Origin: Octopus vulgaris
Taxonomy: Eukaryota
NCBI GenBank assembly: GCA_951406725.2
Contig: OX597815.1
Location: forward strand, 154,876,001-154,940,000
Length of the DNA: 64,000 bases
Reading direction: 5' to 3'
The notes beneath the pieces were generated by a model. It was not told where the DNA came from. It searched no databases and saw only the letters and a list, made by a program, of their open reading frames with translations. Positions 14,939 to 30,350 of the stretch are shown piece by piece. A program made the translations under genes and the position numbers. Numbering within the stretch: the first letter of the stretch is position 1; the number at the start of each line of letters is the position of its first letter.

Positions 14939-14988
14939 ATTTCGGCCAGAGTTCTTTCGTCACACTCCTGTGACCGCATCAGTGGTCC
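14939..14988 (-). ncRNA. Partial hammerhead relic
   Basis: Minus strand CTGATGC GGTC...GGCC GAAA; stem III not recognisable. Confidence 0.35.
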
Positions 14989-15365
14989 TTTGTTTTCTTC
15001 TTTCGTATTTATGTCTCTCCTTACTAACCGTCAGCCATTTTGTATTTCTATTGTATGTCTTCATTTGCGCATGCTTATATCTCTATGTGCGTCTATGTTT
15101 ATTTAGTGTGTGTGGGGGGATGCCTGTAATATTTGTATCTTCTGTTTATATACATTCATGTAATTTGTATTTTGTTTTTGTTGTTGTTGTTTTTGTTCTA
15201 ATTTTGTTCATATGTTTACATCCACCCATTATTATCATTACATATGCTGGTATGTATGTATAACAATAATATTAGTAATAATAATAATAAATCTAATCGA
15301 AAAAAAAAAATATATATATATACATATACACATACATATACACATATATATACATATACACATAC

Positions 15366-15422
<57 letters not shown>

Positions 15423-15599
15423 CATACATAGATATATATACATATATATAGTTATTCATTTCTATTTGTTTATTTATCAGTGTATTTATTTATTATGTTT
15501 TCGGGATCCTCTATCGTCATATGTTGTGGTGTGTGCTATTGCTCCATTCTAGTTTTCTATTCAGGCTAGGCTTATTTTCTATTATATGTGTAGCTTCTG

Positions 15600-16385
15600 T
15601 AATTTATCTAATTGTTGCATCTGTTCTATGTGTGGACAATATCTTAATCTCTATGTTATTGATTGATCCCCCGTGTTCTGTTCGGCGTGTTGGTACAGAA
15701 TCGATGAGCTTTTACCTTCCTTAAGTTGTCTCCAATGTTCATTCACCCGCTCTCCTATGCTTCTTGCCGTTTCCTCTACGTATGTTATTGTCTTGTTACT
15801 GCATCGTCCCTCTGTACATCTTATACTATAGACTACATTTCTGGCTTTACAGTTTGTTTGTGGGCTAAATCTACATACAGTGCAATACTTATCCGTACAG
15901 GGGGTTCTACTAAAAGGAAAGGTTCTACCAATTATAGATTTGATAGGGTTGCCTGGCTTTTCAACAACCTTAATTATTAGTTTAAGTTTATCTAGGGTCC
16001 TTCTAAAGCGGTACGCCAGTTCACTTCCAGGGGTGGTGTCAACGAACATGACACTCTGGTATTTATGGCTATCATACCAAGAGTTGGCTTTCCCTATTTT
16101 CTTTTTTGTCCTTTCTATAGTGTTCCATGACTTGTTCCTATAGAGTGGGCAAATCCCATTCCTATCATTACATAATATATTATCAAATTTCTTCATGGCT
16201 CCTTTGTATACTCTGATCCTTTCTTTATGGCTGTAACCTGAGAACTGCATGCGGTGAATGAAATACTGTATGTGTCTCTTTAATTCTGTAGGCTCGCACA
16301 TGCGTGACACATTTCTCGTTATTCTGACGAGGTCTGCCATCAAAATATTGAATTTGGCATTGCCCGCAATGGCTGAGTTCCGGAT
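15600..16385 (-). mobile_element. Penelope-like element fragment (RT thumb, Cys-rich linker, GIY-YIG endonuclease)
   Basis: ORF 15651-16343: SGYS...LYRNKSW...FVDTTPGSEL...KVVEKPG...CTDKYCTVC...CKARNVVYSIRC...YVEETARSIGERVNEH...LYQH. Confidence 0.85.
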
Positions 16386-16664
16386 CGATATATATATATA
16401 TCAAGAACTTCCATAGACACTTGTTGAAAGCGCCTTACAGCCAAATGCTGCGCAATGGGATCGAACAAGATACCAAGTAATTACAAACCGGTTTTCACGC
16501 ACACTGCTATATTTGTGATACATAGAGACAGACATTTACATACACACACACACATATATATATCCATTCATACATACACGCATAGATTTATACGATATAC
16601 CTATTTGTCTGTCTGTCTGTCTGTATGCTTGCATGTATGTATGCCTGTATGCATATATGTATTG

Positions 16665-16732
<68 letters not shown>

Positions 16733-16795
16733 TTATATATATATATATATATATATATACATAAGGCTGTAGGCGCTTTCAACAATATAGTTCTT

Positions 16796-17004
<209 letters not shown>

Positions 17005-17274
17005 CATATATATATATACACACATATATAAACATGTGTGTTTGCGTGTGTGTGTGTGTTTGTGTGTGTATGCGTGTATCTTGCATTTATTTCTTCTTCT
17101 CGTTAATAATTCTCTTGATGTTCATAAACAACTCATAAATTTTCTTATTTCAATCCAGTTCCATATGTTTGCTTTCAATTTTGTTTGAGTAGTGTAAATG
17201 AGGTAATATTCAATTTCTGTTGTACTTAGCGTGAATACTCTAAATATTATATTTCTAATACTGTAAGAAATTGA

Positions 17275-17930
17275 TGAGCTGGCAGAATCACTAGCACAGC
17301 AAGTAAAATGCTTGCAGACATTTCCTCCATCTTTACTTTCTGAGTTCAAATTCTGCAAGGTCAGTTTTGTCCATCAATCTTTTTAGATCGATAAATTAAG
17401 TACCAATCGAGCACTGGGATCGATGTAATCGATTAAACACCCCTCCCACTTAAATTTCACTTCTTGTGACTTTAGTAGGAAAGATTATTATTATTATTCA
17501 TTGAGTTGGGTGTTCGATTGACAGTATCCGTAGATCGCATGACAAAATACCTTGTGGTATTTATACCTGCTTCAGTATCAACTGTTGTCTAGTTTGCAGT
17601 CATCCCTTTGGAGTGAACAAAGCTAAATTAACAGACTTGTACTGGATATGATGCAGTCAAACGAAATCCTTCTGCTCAAAATTACTGGTTTTGTTCTTAT
17701 GTTAGAAATAATTACATTCATGGGCTGCCAGCATTGTTTGCACAGCGGACAACATAATTAACGGCATGTCTTTTGGCTTTACATTCTCAGTTCAAAATTA
17801 AAACAGGTTGTATTTGTCTTTCAATATTTTGGAGTCGATAAAATAACTACCATTTGAACAGCGGAATTGATGTAAAGACTAGCATCCTCCCCACTAACTG
17901 TCAGAATTTGCGCCAATAGTTGATATATTA
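17275..17930 (+). mobile_element. Family A SINE followed by two older tandem copies
   Basis: gagctggcagaatcactagcac...ctgagttcaaattc...gataaattaagtacc...cgatgtaatcga; the motifs recur degenerately up to about 17930. Confidence 0.7.
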
Positions 17931-18222
17931 TTAATTTGTTAGAGTGCTTTCCTTGAAGAGAAATCTGAATGGTTTTGTATGTGTGTGTGTATGTGTTATA
18001 TTGTACCTGGCATATTCCATGTAAGGTGCAAAATCAAATATTTTCATGTAAAACATGTAGATTGGTATTCTAAACGGTGAGCTGAAAAGTATCTTAGTAA
18101 ATTGAAATAAGCTATTCACTTTGACATAGAGGACAAAGCTCTCAACAGCAGTCATTTTGTATAATAGCATGTAAAACTGACATTTACTTCAAAATGCACA
18201 CTCGTAATTCTTTATGCATAGG

Positions 18223-18261
<39 letters not shown>

Positions 18262-18316
18262 GTAGGTAGGTACATATATACATACATACATACACATACA
18301 TACATACATACATACA

Positions 18317-18352
<36 letters not shown>

Positions 18353-18996
18353 TACATACATACATACATACGTAGGCCGGTATGTAGGTAGGTATATAGG
18401 TAGAGGTGTAGGTAGACAGACATGCATAGTTCAACAGCTTCAACAACTATAAAACTAAAGAATTGCCGATAGGTATAATTTTCGTTCTGCCCATTTTAGA
18501 CTAATTTCAATATAATAAGAACCGTTTTGAATACGTCATTCAGTGCAGTGATAAATACTATAATTAGAGACATGTGTCGGCAAAACATTCACCGAATAGC
18601 ATTGCACATATAATGCCAAAATAACTTCTAATACTATTTATACAAATATATATGTGCGTGTGTCTGTGTGTGTGTATAACTAAATATATATGTGTGTGGG
18701 TGTGCGTATCTTTGTATATGTATATATATAATAATGTCTTCTTCATCTTATACCAGAACGGAGAGGAGAGAGAGAGAGAGACGCAAACAGACAGATGTGT
18801 ATATGTACATATATATATATATATACACCAAGTAAGTTAGGGGTTGTGGATCCATCCCACTAAGGGATAATACTTATCCAATATACTGTTGGTATAATAC
18901 CCAAATTATTAATACACAAGTGTTTTTAATTGCTATGCAATTAACTTACATTTTGTATTAAATGGGTGAAGGTAAAGAAATATTTTAACATTACTT

Positions 18997-19360
18997 TATA
19001 ATACAAATAAGAAAATGGAGAAACAATATAGTTGGTTTATCAGCTTTAGGATATTAGAATGTTGACTTATTTATTTAACAAAACGAGAACCATAATAGCA
19101 TACATATATGCACTAAAATTCTATACATGTAAGATAAGAATACAATTATAAAGGCATTAATATAAATTATTGGAGTCATTAAAATCAGTCTTACATCTGT
19201 TTCAGCCCCAATAATTTATATTTAGGTCTTTATAATTGTATTCTTATCTTATATGTATTGAATTTTAATGCATATATGTATGCTATTATGGTTCTCGTTT
19301 TGTTAAATAAATAAGACAACATTCTAATATCCTAAAGGTGTTTCTCCATTTTCTTATTTG

Positions 19361-19367
<7 letters not shown>
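18997..19367. repeat. Fold-back palindrome (arms about 160-178 bp) with a hammerhead 3' half in the spacer
   Basis: 18997-19175 is the reverse complement of 19206-19367; spacer on the minus strand reads GAAACAGATGTA; outward ends read AATAAA...CTCCA; right end abuts (TA)n. Confidence 0.85.
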
Positions 19368-19405
<38 letters not shown>

Positions 19406-19561
19406 CATACTCTGTATGAAAATATGTCTCTTTAAATCAAATGACGTCTTCCGCGTTTTAATAATAATAATAATAATAATAATAGTAATAATAATGAAAT
19501 ATCAATATATACATACATGCACATATACATAGATGTATACATACACTCATACATACATACA

Positions 19562-19594
<33 letters not shown>

Positions 19595-19688
19595 GTATGT
19601 ATATGTGTATATATATATACACCGTTGCTTTTTCTTCTTTTCTGTATCGTCTAACTGTCCGGATGCTTTGTTGTCTCTCTCTCTCTCA

Positions 19689-19722
<34 letters not shown>

Positions 19723-19749
19723 TTCTGTATATATATATATATACCAGTT

Positions 19750-20133
19750 ATTTTATTCTTTCATTTGATTCAGTCATTTGAATGCAGCCATGCTGGTACT
19801 TCACCTTTAGTCGAAGAAATCGACCACAAGGCTTATTCTTCGTAAGCCTAGTATTTATTGCATGTATCAAACCGCTGAATTACGGGGACGTAAACACACA
19901 GGCAATAGTGGGGGGGGAGCAAACACACAGATACGCACGCACACACACACACACACACACAGAAAACCTCACACGGATACGATGGGCTTCTTTCAGTTTT
20001 CTTCTGCCAAATCCACTCACAAGCCTTTGACCGGCCCGAGGCTATGGAAGACAATAGCTCCAGGCGCGGGACTGAACACGGAACCATGTGGCTGCTAAGC
20101 AAGCTACTTACCACATAGTCACTCCTGCGCCTG
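19750..20133 (-). mobile_element. tRNA-derived SINE, family C, with internal (CA)n
   Basis: Minus strand GGCGCAGGAGTGACTATGTGGTAAG...GTTCAGTCCC; core aaactgaaagaagccc; other copies at 53900, 59915 and 62874. Confidence 0.8.
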
Positions 20134-20470
20134 TATACATATATATATATATATATATATATAGAATATATATATACACACGTATATATAGAATATATAT
20201 ATATATATATATATATTTGTATGTGTAACGTTATATTTCTGGAGGTGATATTATTGTGATATAGATAAAACCAAATATGTTTGAACACACAAGTTTACAT
20301 CAGATGTCTTGGAAACCAATAATTATACAAAAGGAAGTAACAAACACACATACACACACACACATATTCACATACACACACATACATATACATATATACA
20401 TACATAAATATATATATATATACATACTGACAAACAAATATATATGTGTGTGTATATATACATATATGTG

Positions 20471-20520
<50 letters not shown>

Positions 20521-21279
20521 TTATCTATTTATTTATTTATTTATTTATTTATTTATATATATATATATATATCAATATATATTTTGTCTGTGTCTATTTG
20601 CAAATAACAGTGTAGCGCTATGAAGATTATAGGTAGGAGGCTACAGATGTCTGTCGCTAGATAAATATAAATACATTTCTGAAATGTAGTTCGAGGTTTC
20701 AGTGGCTGATTGCTTTTCTAATTTATTTTCTTGGCAACTGGTTGCTATTGGTGTAAACATTGTCAATAAACAATCCAAATTTATCCTGGCTCGGGGTATT
20801 AAACTGCAAATCTGAAACATTATAACTATCTGAAAATTTATTAATACTTACCAAGAAGTACACTGCATGGTTAAAGAGAGGGGTATCTTCTTTCGAATAA
20901 TCATGATTATTATAATTATTATTATCATTATTATTATTGTTGTTGTTGTTGTTGTTGTTATTCACATATGCACAACACATTAGAATGTTAGAAAACAAAA
21001 AAATCCTAACACCCCGCTACAACAAATATTGTGTTGAAGTTTCTTTCGTATAATGAATTCCCGAAGTTCATTGGGGGAAATCCACTACTATTACTTTCTC
21101 TTTTAATCTTTGTTCTCAATAGCTTTTCCTTTTTCACCGAACACTGTTCATAGTTGCTTCTTTACGGGTCAGATGTTTGTTATGTACGCAGCAGTGGGTG
21201 GATTGTATAAACTTTATAATTATTATTGATGCATAAACGAGGAACCGAGAAACAGCAATATGTTTTTACATTTCGGGTC

Positions 21280-22262
<983 letters not shown>

Positions 22263-22274
22263 TAATAATAATAC

Positions 22275-23340
22275 TAGTAAATACTTTCTAATCGATGTAT
22301 TAATACCAACAGATGACAACGTTTCTCTAAAAGAAACGGAAAAACTTTCAAAATACAGAGATATGGAAATAGAGCTACTCCGAATGTGGAGTCTGAAAAC
22401 AGACAGTTCCTATTACAGTGCGTGCATTAGGTATGATAAAAATAAAACATCCATACAAATATATAACGAAAACGCGTGTATATTAAAAATGTATACTACA
22501 TACAGAAAATAGTACTACTAGGTAACGCACAATAAACCACAGCACATACCCAAGGCTCACAGAACTCCACTCGGTAATGCAATGAAAGCACATGATAAAA
22601 ATAAGAGTAAAAAGAAGATGGCTATGGATGACTAAACGTAATTTAAAAACCTGAAACCGAGGATCTAATCTGTGCTACACAAGAGCAAGAATCAAAAACC
22701 AATTACACCAAATACAGAATAGACAACACATCAGAAAGTGATGATTGTAGTGTACGCCACTAGCCCGGAAAGAATATAAAAAGCGTCATAACAATATAGG
22801 AAGGATTGTCCATTGGACACATTGCAACAATTATGGACTTTATGGAGCCAAAAGTGGTACGAACATAAACCCGAAGGCATCATCGAAATTGATAATGCAA
22901 AGATCCTATGGGATTTTATGACTTCGCGCGATCAGGAAATAGAAAATAGGAAATCAAACATAGTGTTAATACAAAAAGAAAGCAAACGATGCTGGATCAT
23001 AAATATAGCATGCCAGGCTGACAACAAGGTATGCGATAAGGAAGAAATAAAATTCGATAGATATGACAGGTTAGCTTGGAAGTTTATGCAGTTCTGGTCG
23101 CTGAAAAAGTGGTAGTAGTAACAATAATTATCGGAGTCCTGGGAACAGTGAGTAAGAATATTGAGCAGTACAATGAAGAAATAGAGGCTGCAATAAGGGT
23201 GGAGCACTTACAGAAAACAGCACAACTTGGAACCGCTCGAATACTCTGTATGCTCGAAAAACGAGGAACATTACCTTAGTTCACTGGTAGTGAACAGCTG
23301 GTACCGTAGTACATCTGCAGCGTTAGAAGCTGTGCAGACA
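22275..23340 (+). mobile_element. Two adjacent R4/Dong-like 3' fragments from different subfamilies (junction near 22610)
   Basis: LIDVLIPTDDNVSLKETEKLSKYRDMEIE; then KWYEHKPE...KILWDF...IIIGVLG...QKTAQLGTARIL. Confidence 0.8.
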
Positions 23341-23371
23341 ATAGTAACAACATCAACAACAAGAACAAGAG

Positions 23372-23403
<32 letters not shown>

Positions 23404-23557
23404 ATAATAATAATAATGAGGAGGAGGAGGAAGAGGATGAAGATGATGATGAGGATGATGATGATGATGATGATGATGACGATGATGATGATGATGATGA
23501 CGATGGTGATGGTGATGTGATGATGGTGATGGTGATGGTGATGATGATGATGATGAT
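23341..23557. repeat. Compound (AAC)/(GAG)/(GAT)n microsatellite
   Basis: Direct reading. Confidence 0.95.
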
Positions 23558-24252
23558 TTGTCAAGATATACGCCTTATACTAGTATTTCCCTCAGAAGGT
23601 TTTAAAGGCAACCCAAAATATTACCAGCAATGATATATATGTTCTAAAAGAAGAAAATTAAACGGAATTATACGAACCTAAGATACCAAGAAATATATAT
23701 TATCTTAAATATAGCTGTTTGGTAAAAAAGCTCGTTTCGCAAATACGTGGTCTTGGGGTTCATTCCAACAGCCCAGAACTTTGGGCAACTGTTATTTACT
23801 GCTACCCACGCACATACACCCGCAGACGGAAATGCGACCTGCTCAGAGAGACACCGTCTGGTTATTTAGAATGGAGGAATGAAAGCAAAAAACTGAGTGA
23901 TAAAACACATATTTTGTTTCATTCAAAGACTATTTCATATTAAAAGAGATCGTTTCAGAGGTGGGACATACATATTGCTACAATTGTGGCTGGCTTTTCT
24001 CTCAAACCCCACCTTATGATCTCTTGAAGTAAAAATAACACATTAGATTATGTACGAGGATAATTAAAATATTACTGCATGTGAACAATATGCCTATCGA
24101 CTATTCATGCCCAGCCACCAAAAATGTGAATACGGGCATATGTAATGTATATCATATTTAGAACATTGGTTAAAAATAAACACAAGCTTTGTTCATTGGG
24201 AATATAATGCTTCCTTATTGAATATAGTGGCTCTTTATCTCTTTATTTATCA

Positions 24253-24254
<2 letters not shown>

Positions 24255-24291
<37 letters not shown>

Positions 24292-25050
24292 AACGATGAT
24301 GATGATAACGATGATGATGAGGAGGATGGAGGATGAACGTCCGATGTCCGTATACATCATTGACCATTATGCACTTCTATTCTTTTATTGATTCCACCCT
24401 TCTCTTCATTTCGTACCCAAATTGTTTGACTATGTTGTCATTTTCACCTTATTGGGGGTTCTTCCTAGTGGAAAACTTCTCTCTCTTGGACATCACATGA
24501 CACCTGCATGTGGGCTCGAAATATGTCTGGTCCAATAATACAGGCTTTCAGAATTCTGAAGTTACATTGTTCACTTGACTTCGTCCTCATGTTTTAAAGA
24601 ACAGGAAATAATAGTATTTTGAACTATGCTCACGTGATTCTGCCATCGTAATCCCTGCATTTCAGTTGTAATATAAAATAGCACCTGTATCTTTTAACAA
24701 TTAACTTTCCTTGTGTTATTAACCTGATAAACACTTCCATAGAACTTTTGTTCCGATGTCACTTGAATATGACTAAACCTTCATTTTTCAGTTAACTTTC
24801 TGAAATTAATTTGTTTCTCTTCTAAATAAAAATCTTCCTAGATGCTATCAAGTTTATATTTAAGGTTTCCTTTCTTTTTCTCTCTATATTGTTGCATTGA
24901 TCCGATTTTCCACCAAGTTCTTGCTTACGAAATCTGTTCAGTGAACTTACCAGTATATCAGAAATATCTTTATGTTCCTATAATCTCATTAACTTTTTGT
25001 GGTTTCACTGAATAACGTTCTTTATTTGTACTGCTGAAATATTTGCTTCG
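24255..25050 (-). mobile_element. Possible old RTE-like LINE 3' fragment with (CAT)n tail
   Basis: Minus-strand remnants resemble W.GHI.R...PR..K...GR.P before the triplet tail; very decayed. Confidence 0.35.
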
Positions 25051-25208
25051 CACAGATTTTGAAGGCTGATGCATTTTCAATATGGTTCTTTAAAAAAAAC
25101 GTCTTTAGCTATTGCTATTTTTCTCTCCTACCTCACACTAGTAGATTCTTCTCTTCTTCCATAAACACAGACACATGCTCACGCGCACAATACATATACA
25201 CACGCATG

Positions 25209-25239
<31 letters not shown>

Positions 25240-25411
25240 AAAACACACATATACGTAACTAGAAAGTCTGGCCCTGAGAGAAAAAAGAACTGAAGCACGT
25301 TTCTTCCACTTTTAATTTGGTTATTTTCCTAACGCTCAACAGAGGAAACTCCACCGAGAAGGTTTACACAATTCACCTCCAGAGGTAAATACATATATTT
25401 AATAATTATAT

Positions 25412-25458
<47 letters not shown>

Positions 25459-25585
25459 TATATATATATACATGTATATATATGTATATAAGTATATATA
25501 AATAGACATGTGTATTTTTCCCTTGTTAAAAATTAACACGGAAAAATATATAGTTTCCAGGGTAGCAAAAAATCACACAAGTAAT

Positions 25586-25650
25586 ATCTTCGAAACATGT
25601 GTCGGAAGTAAATGAATTTGAATAACACCTGCGTTGAACTCCATTTATTT
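25586..25650 (+). ncRNA. Hammerhead 3' half plus tail, related to the 60361-60740 family
   Basis: CTTCGAAACATGTGTCGGAAGTAAA...GAACTCCATT versus CTTCGAAACATATGTCGAGAATAAA...CACTCCATT at 60673. Confidence 0.55.
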
Positions 25651-25954
25651 ATATATGTATATATGTATATATGTATGCATGTATGTATGTATATACATGT
25701 ATATACATATATATACTTACATATATACATACATACATACATGTATATATACATACAACTATATATATGTTACAGATAATCATCGTAGTTTCCTTACAGA
25801 AAACAGTGTAACTACGAGGGTGCATTTAATCACGAAATCTACTTTATCAGGAAGACCAAGGACCGTCTGAAAAGTCCTTAGGAAACTGGTTGTGATCCTG
25901 TTGTTGTATAAATATTGAGATGTATGTGTAGTCCTATGAGTATGAGTATATATG

Positions 25955-26100
25955 ATCTACATTATTTACATTTGACAGATATTTGCCCTCATCTTGTTTG
26001 TTGTTAACACAAAGTTTCGGCTGATGTATTTTCCAGCCTTCATCAGGTGTCTTGGGGAAATTTCGAACCTGGGTTCTCATTCCTAAGGTATTTTTTGATG
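25955..26100 (-). mobile_element. Hammerhead-bearing repeat module (ribozyme 26007-26050), same family as 47694-47860
   Basis: Minus strand ACAC CTGATGA AGGCTG gaaaatacat CAGCC GAAACTTT GTGT. Confidence 0.8.
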
Positions 26101-26111
26101 TTCTTCTTCTT

Positions 26112-26142
<31 letters not shown>

Positions 26143-26154
26143 TTCTTCTTATTC

Positions 26155-26216
<62 letters not shown>

Positions 26217-26342
26217 GTTGTTGTTGTTGTTGTTGACATTATTATTATTATTATTATTGTTGTTGTTGTTGTTATCATTATCATTATTATTATTATTATT
26301 GTTGTTGTTGTTGTTGTTATCATTATCATTATTATTATTATT

Positions 26343-26420
<78 letters not shown>
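26100..26420. repeat. Compound (TTC)/(TTA)/(TTG)/(TCA)n microsatellite
   Basis: Direct reading. Confidence 0.95.
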
Positions 26421-26421
<1 letters not shown>

Positions 26422-26636
26422 TCAGACAAATACATAACAAAAACACCAGGACTTACAAATATATATAACATACAGAAAATTGCACTACTGGGCACTGCAC
26501 ACATCCTACGCAAAACACTTTCAATACAGTAACCATCAGAGCATCACAAAAAATCACAGCACATATCAAAGGCACACAGACCTGCTCTCGGTAGTGAAGT
26601 CAATGCACGCTATAAAAATAAAACTACTGAATGATG

Positions 26637-26691
<55 letters not shown>

Positions 26692-26765
26692 TAATAATAA
26701 TAACAACAACAGCAATAATAATAATAATATTAATAATAATAACAACAACAACAACAACAACAACA

Positions 26766-26818
<53 letters not shown>

Positions 26819-27237
26819 TATTTCCATACACTTTCCATACAATAACCATCAGAGCATCACAACAAATCACAGCACATACCCAAGGCACACAGAGCTGTGC
26901 TCGGTAGTGAAGTGAAAGCACGATATAAAAAATATACTACTGAATAATAATAATAAGCCAGACATACAGATACTTAGGAATCAATGAATTAGATACAGCA
27001 AAACACACAAAAATGAAAGAAGATTAGAAAGGAATAATAAAGGCGAGTTAGATTAATATTTAAAATAGAACCCCATCCGAGAAACAAGATAATAAGTATG
27101 AACACTCTAGCCGTCCAAGATATAAATTACATTTACAATATTCTTAATTGGACTCTAACTGAAGTAGCCAAGCTAGACAGGAAAACAAGAAAAATAATGT
27201 CTAAATTTAGGACCCACCACTCAATATCTGACACAGA

Positions 27238-27273
<36 letters not shown>

Positions 27274-28405
27274 CACACAATGCATTTTAGGTTTTAGAGG
27301 TCTTATAAAGCTAGAGAACTATTATAAAATAACCACCATAGGATTATAGAATTGCCTGTTTCAGAAACAGAGAAAACTAGTTCAAATAGCCACAAAACGC
27401 GAACAAAACAAGAAAGTTGTTTTTCGTCTGTAAAGAAACTGAAAAATACAAGAAAAAAGTAATAGTACCTAGCAACTATGAAGACAGAAAGAAACAACAA
27501 AAGTTGTAAAAGAACTGAAATCCAAACTAAAACTGGAACAACAAAGTACCATGATAGAAGGATGGCAAGACAAGCTCTTCCCTGGTAAATACTGGGATAA
27601 CCTAAACAGAAAAGAAATAAACAAACTAAACTCATAACAATGGATGACAAGTTTGGGACGCAAAGCAGAGATTGAAGAATCTTTCATTACTGCACAAAAT
27701 TAACGGCTTCCCACAAGAAACGTCCAAAAACACATGAAAAAAACAAACAAATAAATGTAGAATATGTGGTGAAGGGAAGAAACAATAAATGATATTATCT
27801 TTGACTGCCCAGTCTTGGCTAAGAAGGAATATATTCACAAATATGACAGAGTTCGGACCTATAAACATTGGAAGCAAGTGCAACAATATGGAATAACAAC
27901 AGAAAAAGATGGCATAGGCACACCTCAGAAAAGGTCTCAAAAGTGACAAAGCAAACATACCGTGGGATATGCCAATATAGATAGATAGATAGATAGATAG
28001 ATAGGTAGATAGATAAAGAATTCGAGGCTAATAAAAGGGATATAGTTGTCAGAGATCCCAAGAAAAAATACCTTCTAATCGATGTATTAATACCAACAGA
28101 TGACAAATTATTTGTAAAGGAAACGGAGAAACTTTCAAAATACAAAGATCTTGTAACACGAATGTAGAGCTTAAAAATACTCCCTATAATATTAGGTGCA
28201 TTAGATATGATTAAAATCATTCAGACTCATACAAATGAAACCTCAGGACTCACGAATGTATATAACATACAGAAAATAGCACTACTATGCACCGCGCATA
28301 TCCTACATAAATCACTGAAAGTATGAGCACCACAAGAAACCACAGGCACACAGAGCTGCGCGAGGTAGTGCAGTGAAAGCACGTGATAAAAATAACACTA
28401 CTGAA
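26420..28405 (+). mobile_element. Three tandem R4/Dong-like 3' fragments (26420-26631, 26830-26943, 26957-28405) separated by (AAT)n
   Basis: YNIQKIALLGTAHILRK; the 3' UTR ggcacacagagctg...ggtagtgaagtgaaagcacg...ctactga occurs three times, each followed by AAT repeats; LDRKTRKIM, CRICG and REL motifs in the long copy. Confidence 0.85.
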
Positions 28406-29764
28406 TAATAATGTTTTCTGATTTAGACACAATGTCAAAACGTTTGAATGGTGGGGAGTAGTTGACACGGCTGAGTCCAGTATTCGACTGGTACATAAAT
28501 TTTCGATCTTGTGATGATTATGATCTTGGGCGGAATATGATCTCACAACATAAAGTCTCAATAAATACGGTCTAACTATGTATACCAATCCAAGCGATAA
28601 TATTCATTATAAACACGTATTTTAATAAACTGTGATGCAATGTGATGCAGAGTTGAAGCGCAAATCAAGTATTATGTTTTTGTTCTAGATACTCATCAAG
28701 TTATGACTTGTCTAACATATTGTAGCTAATATTAATAACTTTTGAATTGATACTGTTAATAAAACAAAAAGTATAGCAGCCACTCGGACTCTTTGGGGAG
28801 TTCTAGCCACTATGATAAAAATGTGTTCCATGCATATTTTCGCTATTTGTTTATTTTATTTCTATTATTTTATTGTCGTTCTTTCCTGCTGTAACTAGAT
28901 TATTGTAATACTATTGGCGTACCACTTTTTTGCAATGTCCTTTGAATTCAATACATTTGAAATATTCTTTGTTTCAGCGAGATTTGTGATGCTTTTATTG
29001 TTGCTTTTATTATAGTATTTTCATTTCTCGGTTTTCCATTAAAGATACTTTTTTTTTCCAATTTCCATTAGGAATTTCAATAACTGAATTTTCTTTCTAT
29101 CCTTCTAGTGTCTCTTCAAATATTGAGAAAATACTTACAAAATATGTACATAAGCAACAAAAATTTGCAAAATAGACATAGACATACACACCTATACGCG
29201 TGCGCAGATGTATATGTGTGTTTAGGTAAATATAATTATTTCATCAGACCTAAAGGTTTTGTGCGGTTGAATGTAAAGTCAATCATAGTCATTAGTGAGA
29301 GTAGAATAAAAGAAAATATATGTAAGTTAAGATATTTGAAAGAGACGTTTTCAGCTGACTTTGTTGTTTTCTTCAAGAAACAAATACTGGTTTCTATTTG
29401 AAGTTGATCAGTAGGAATTTTATCAAAAGATGGCAAGTTGAGATGAACTTAGATTCCTTTCTTTCTTTTGTATTGTAGTGGAGTAGACAATCATATCAAA
29501 CTTTCCCCTGTCGTAGATGTTGTAAAAACTTAGAAGCGGTTCTAACACTAATGTTTTGTTTATAATTGTGAATTTGTTCTCGATTGCATCTTCTAGTTCC
29601 CAAGCGCGTTTTCAATAAAATATGTTGAATCTACTTTGGATGTAGCCAACCAGGTGTTTGAGAAGAGGAGGGACAACTGGGTTCTATCTTTCAACGTCGT
29701 AAGAAAATATAGAGGGTACATCTTACGCAATTAAGATGTATGCAAATGTATGTGTGCATATTTT

Positions 29765-30350
29765 CAGTTTTATTTCAAGATTTCTTGCCAATAGAGAAAG
29801 AGCCGGTTTCTAACCTAGATACTAAGCTCTTTCATTGGAATTTTAACATCAACAGGGTATTTTAATTTCTATGGTTATATGCAAATTTGTATGTTTTGTT
29901 TTATGCATGTCTTCTCAAGCATATACTTGCATATCTAGACATGTTCATATATAATTAATGATAAACTTCTGGAAAGTATTACACATTTTTACAGTTCCAG
30001 TGATGGCTTGGATCCGTGGTCTTCGAGAAGCCTAATTTTTCAAGATTAGTATTTAGGCAGTGTGTTACATATCACAGTGCCCCAATAATTATAGGTATAA
30101 GCCTGAACTTGTAATCTGGATAGAATAACTGCAAATTTCTCAATACTTCAGCGTAGGTATCCTCTTTTTCACTGACCTTCAGCTTTATGTTGACATACAT
30201 TGGACAGCTGACTTTCGCAACTATACACAGTTTCCCTTCTCTATCCCAAATCATTATATCAGGTCTATTGTGTTTACATTTTATTGAGGTTTTCACGGGG
30301 ACATTCCACCAGTACTCCTTATTATGAGTGGCTATGGCTTCTACCATACC
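29765..30350 (-). mobile_element. REL-type (R4/Dong-like) LINE 3' fragment
   Basis: ORF 30072-30401: YWWNVPVKT...HNRPDIMIWD...VSCP...KEDTY...PIIIGAL. Confidence 0.8.
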
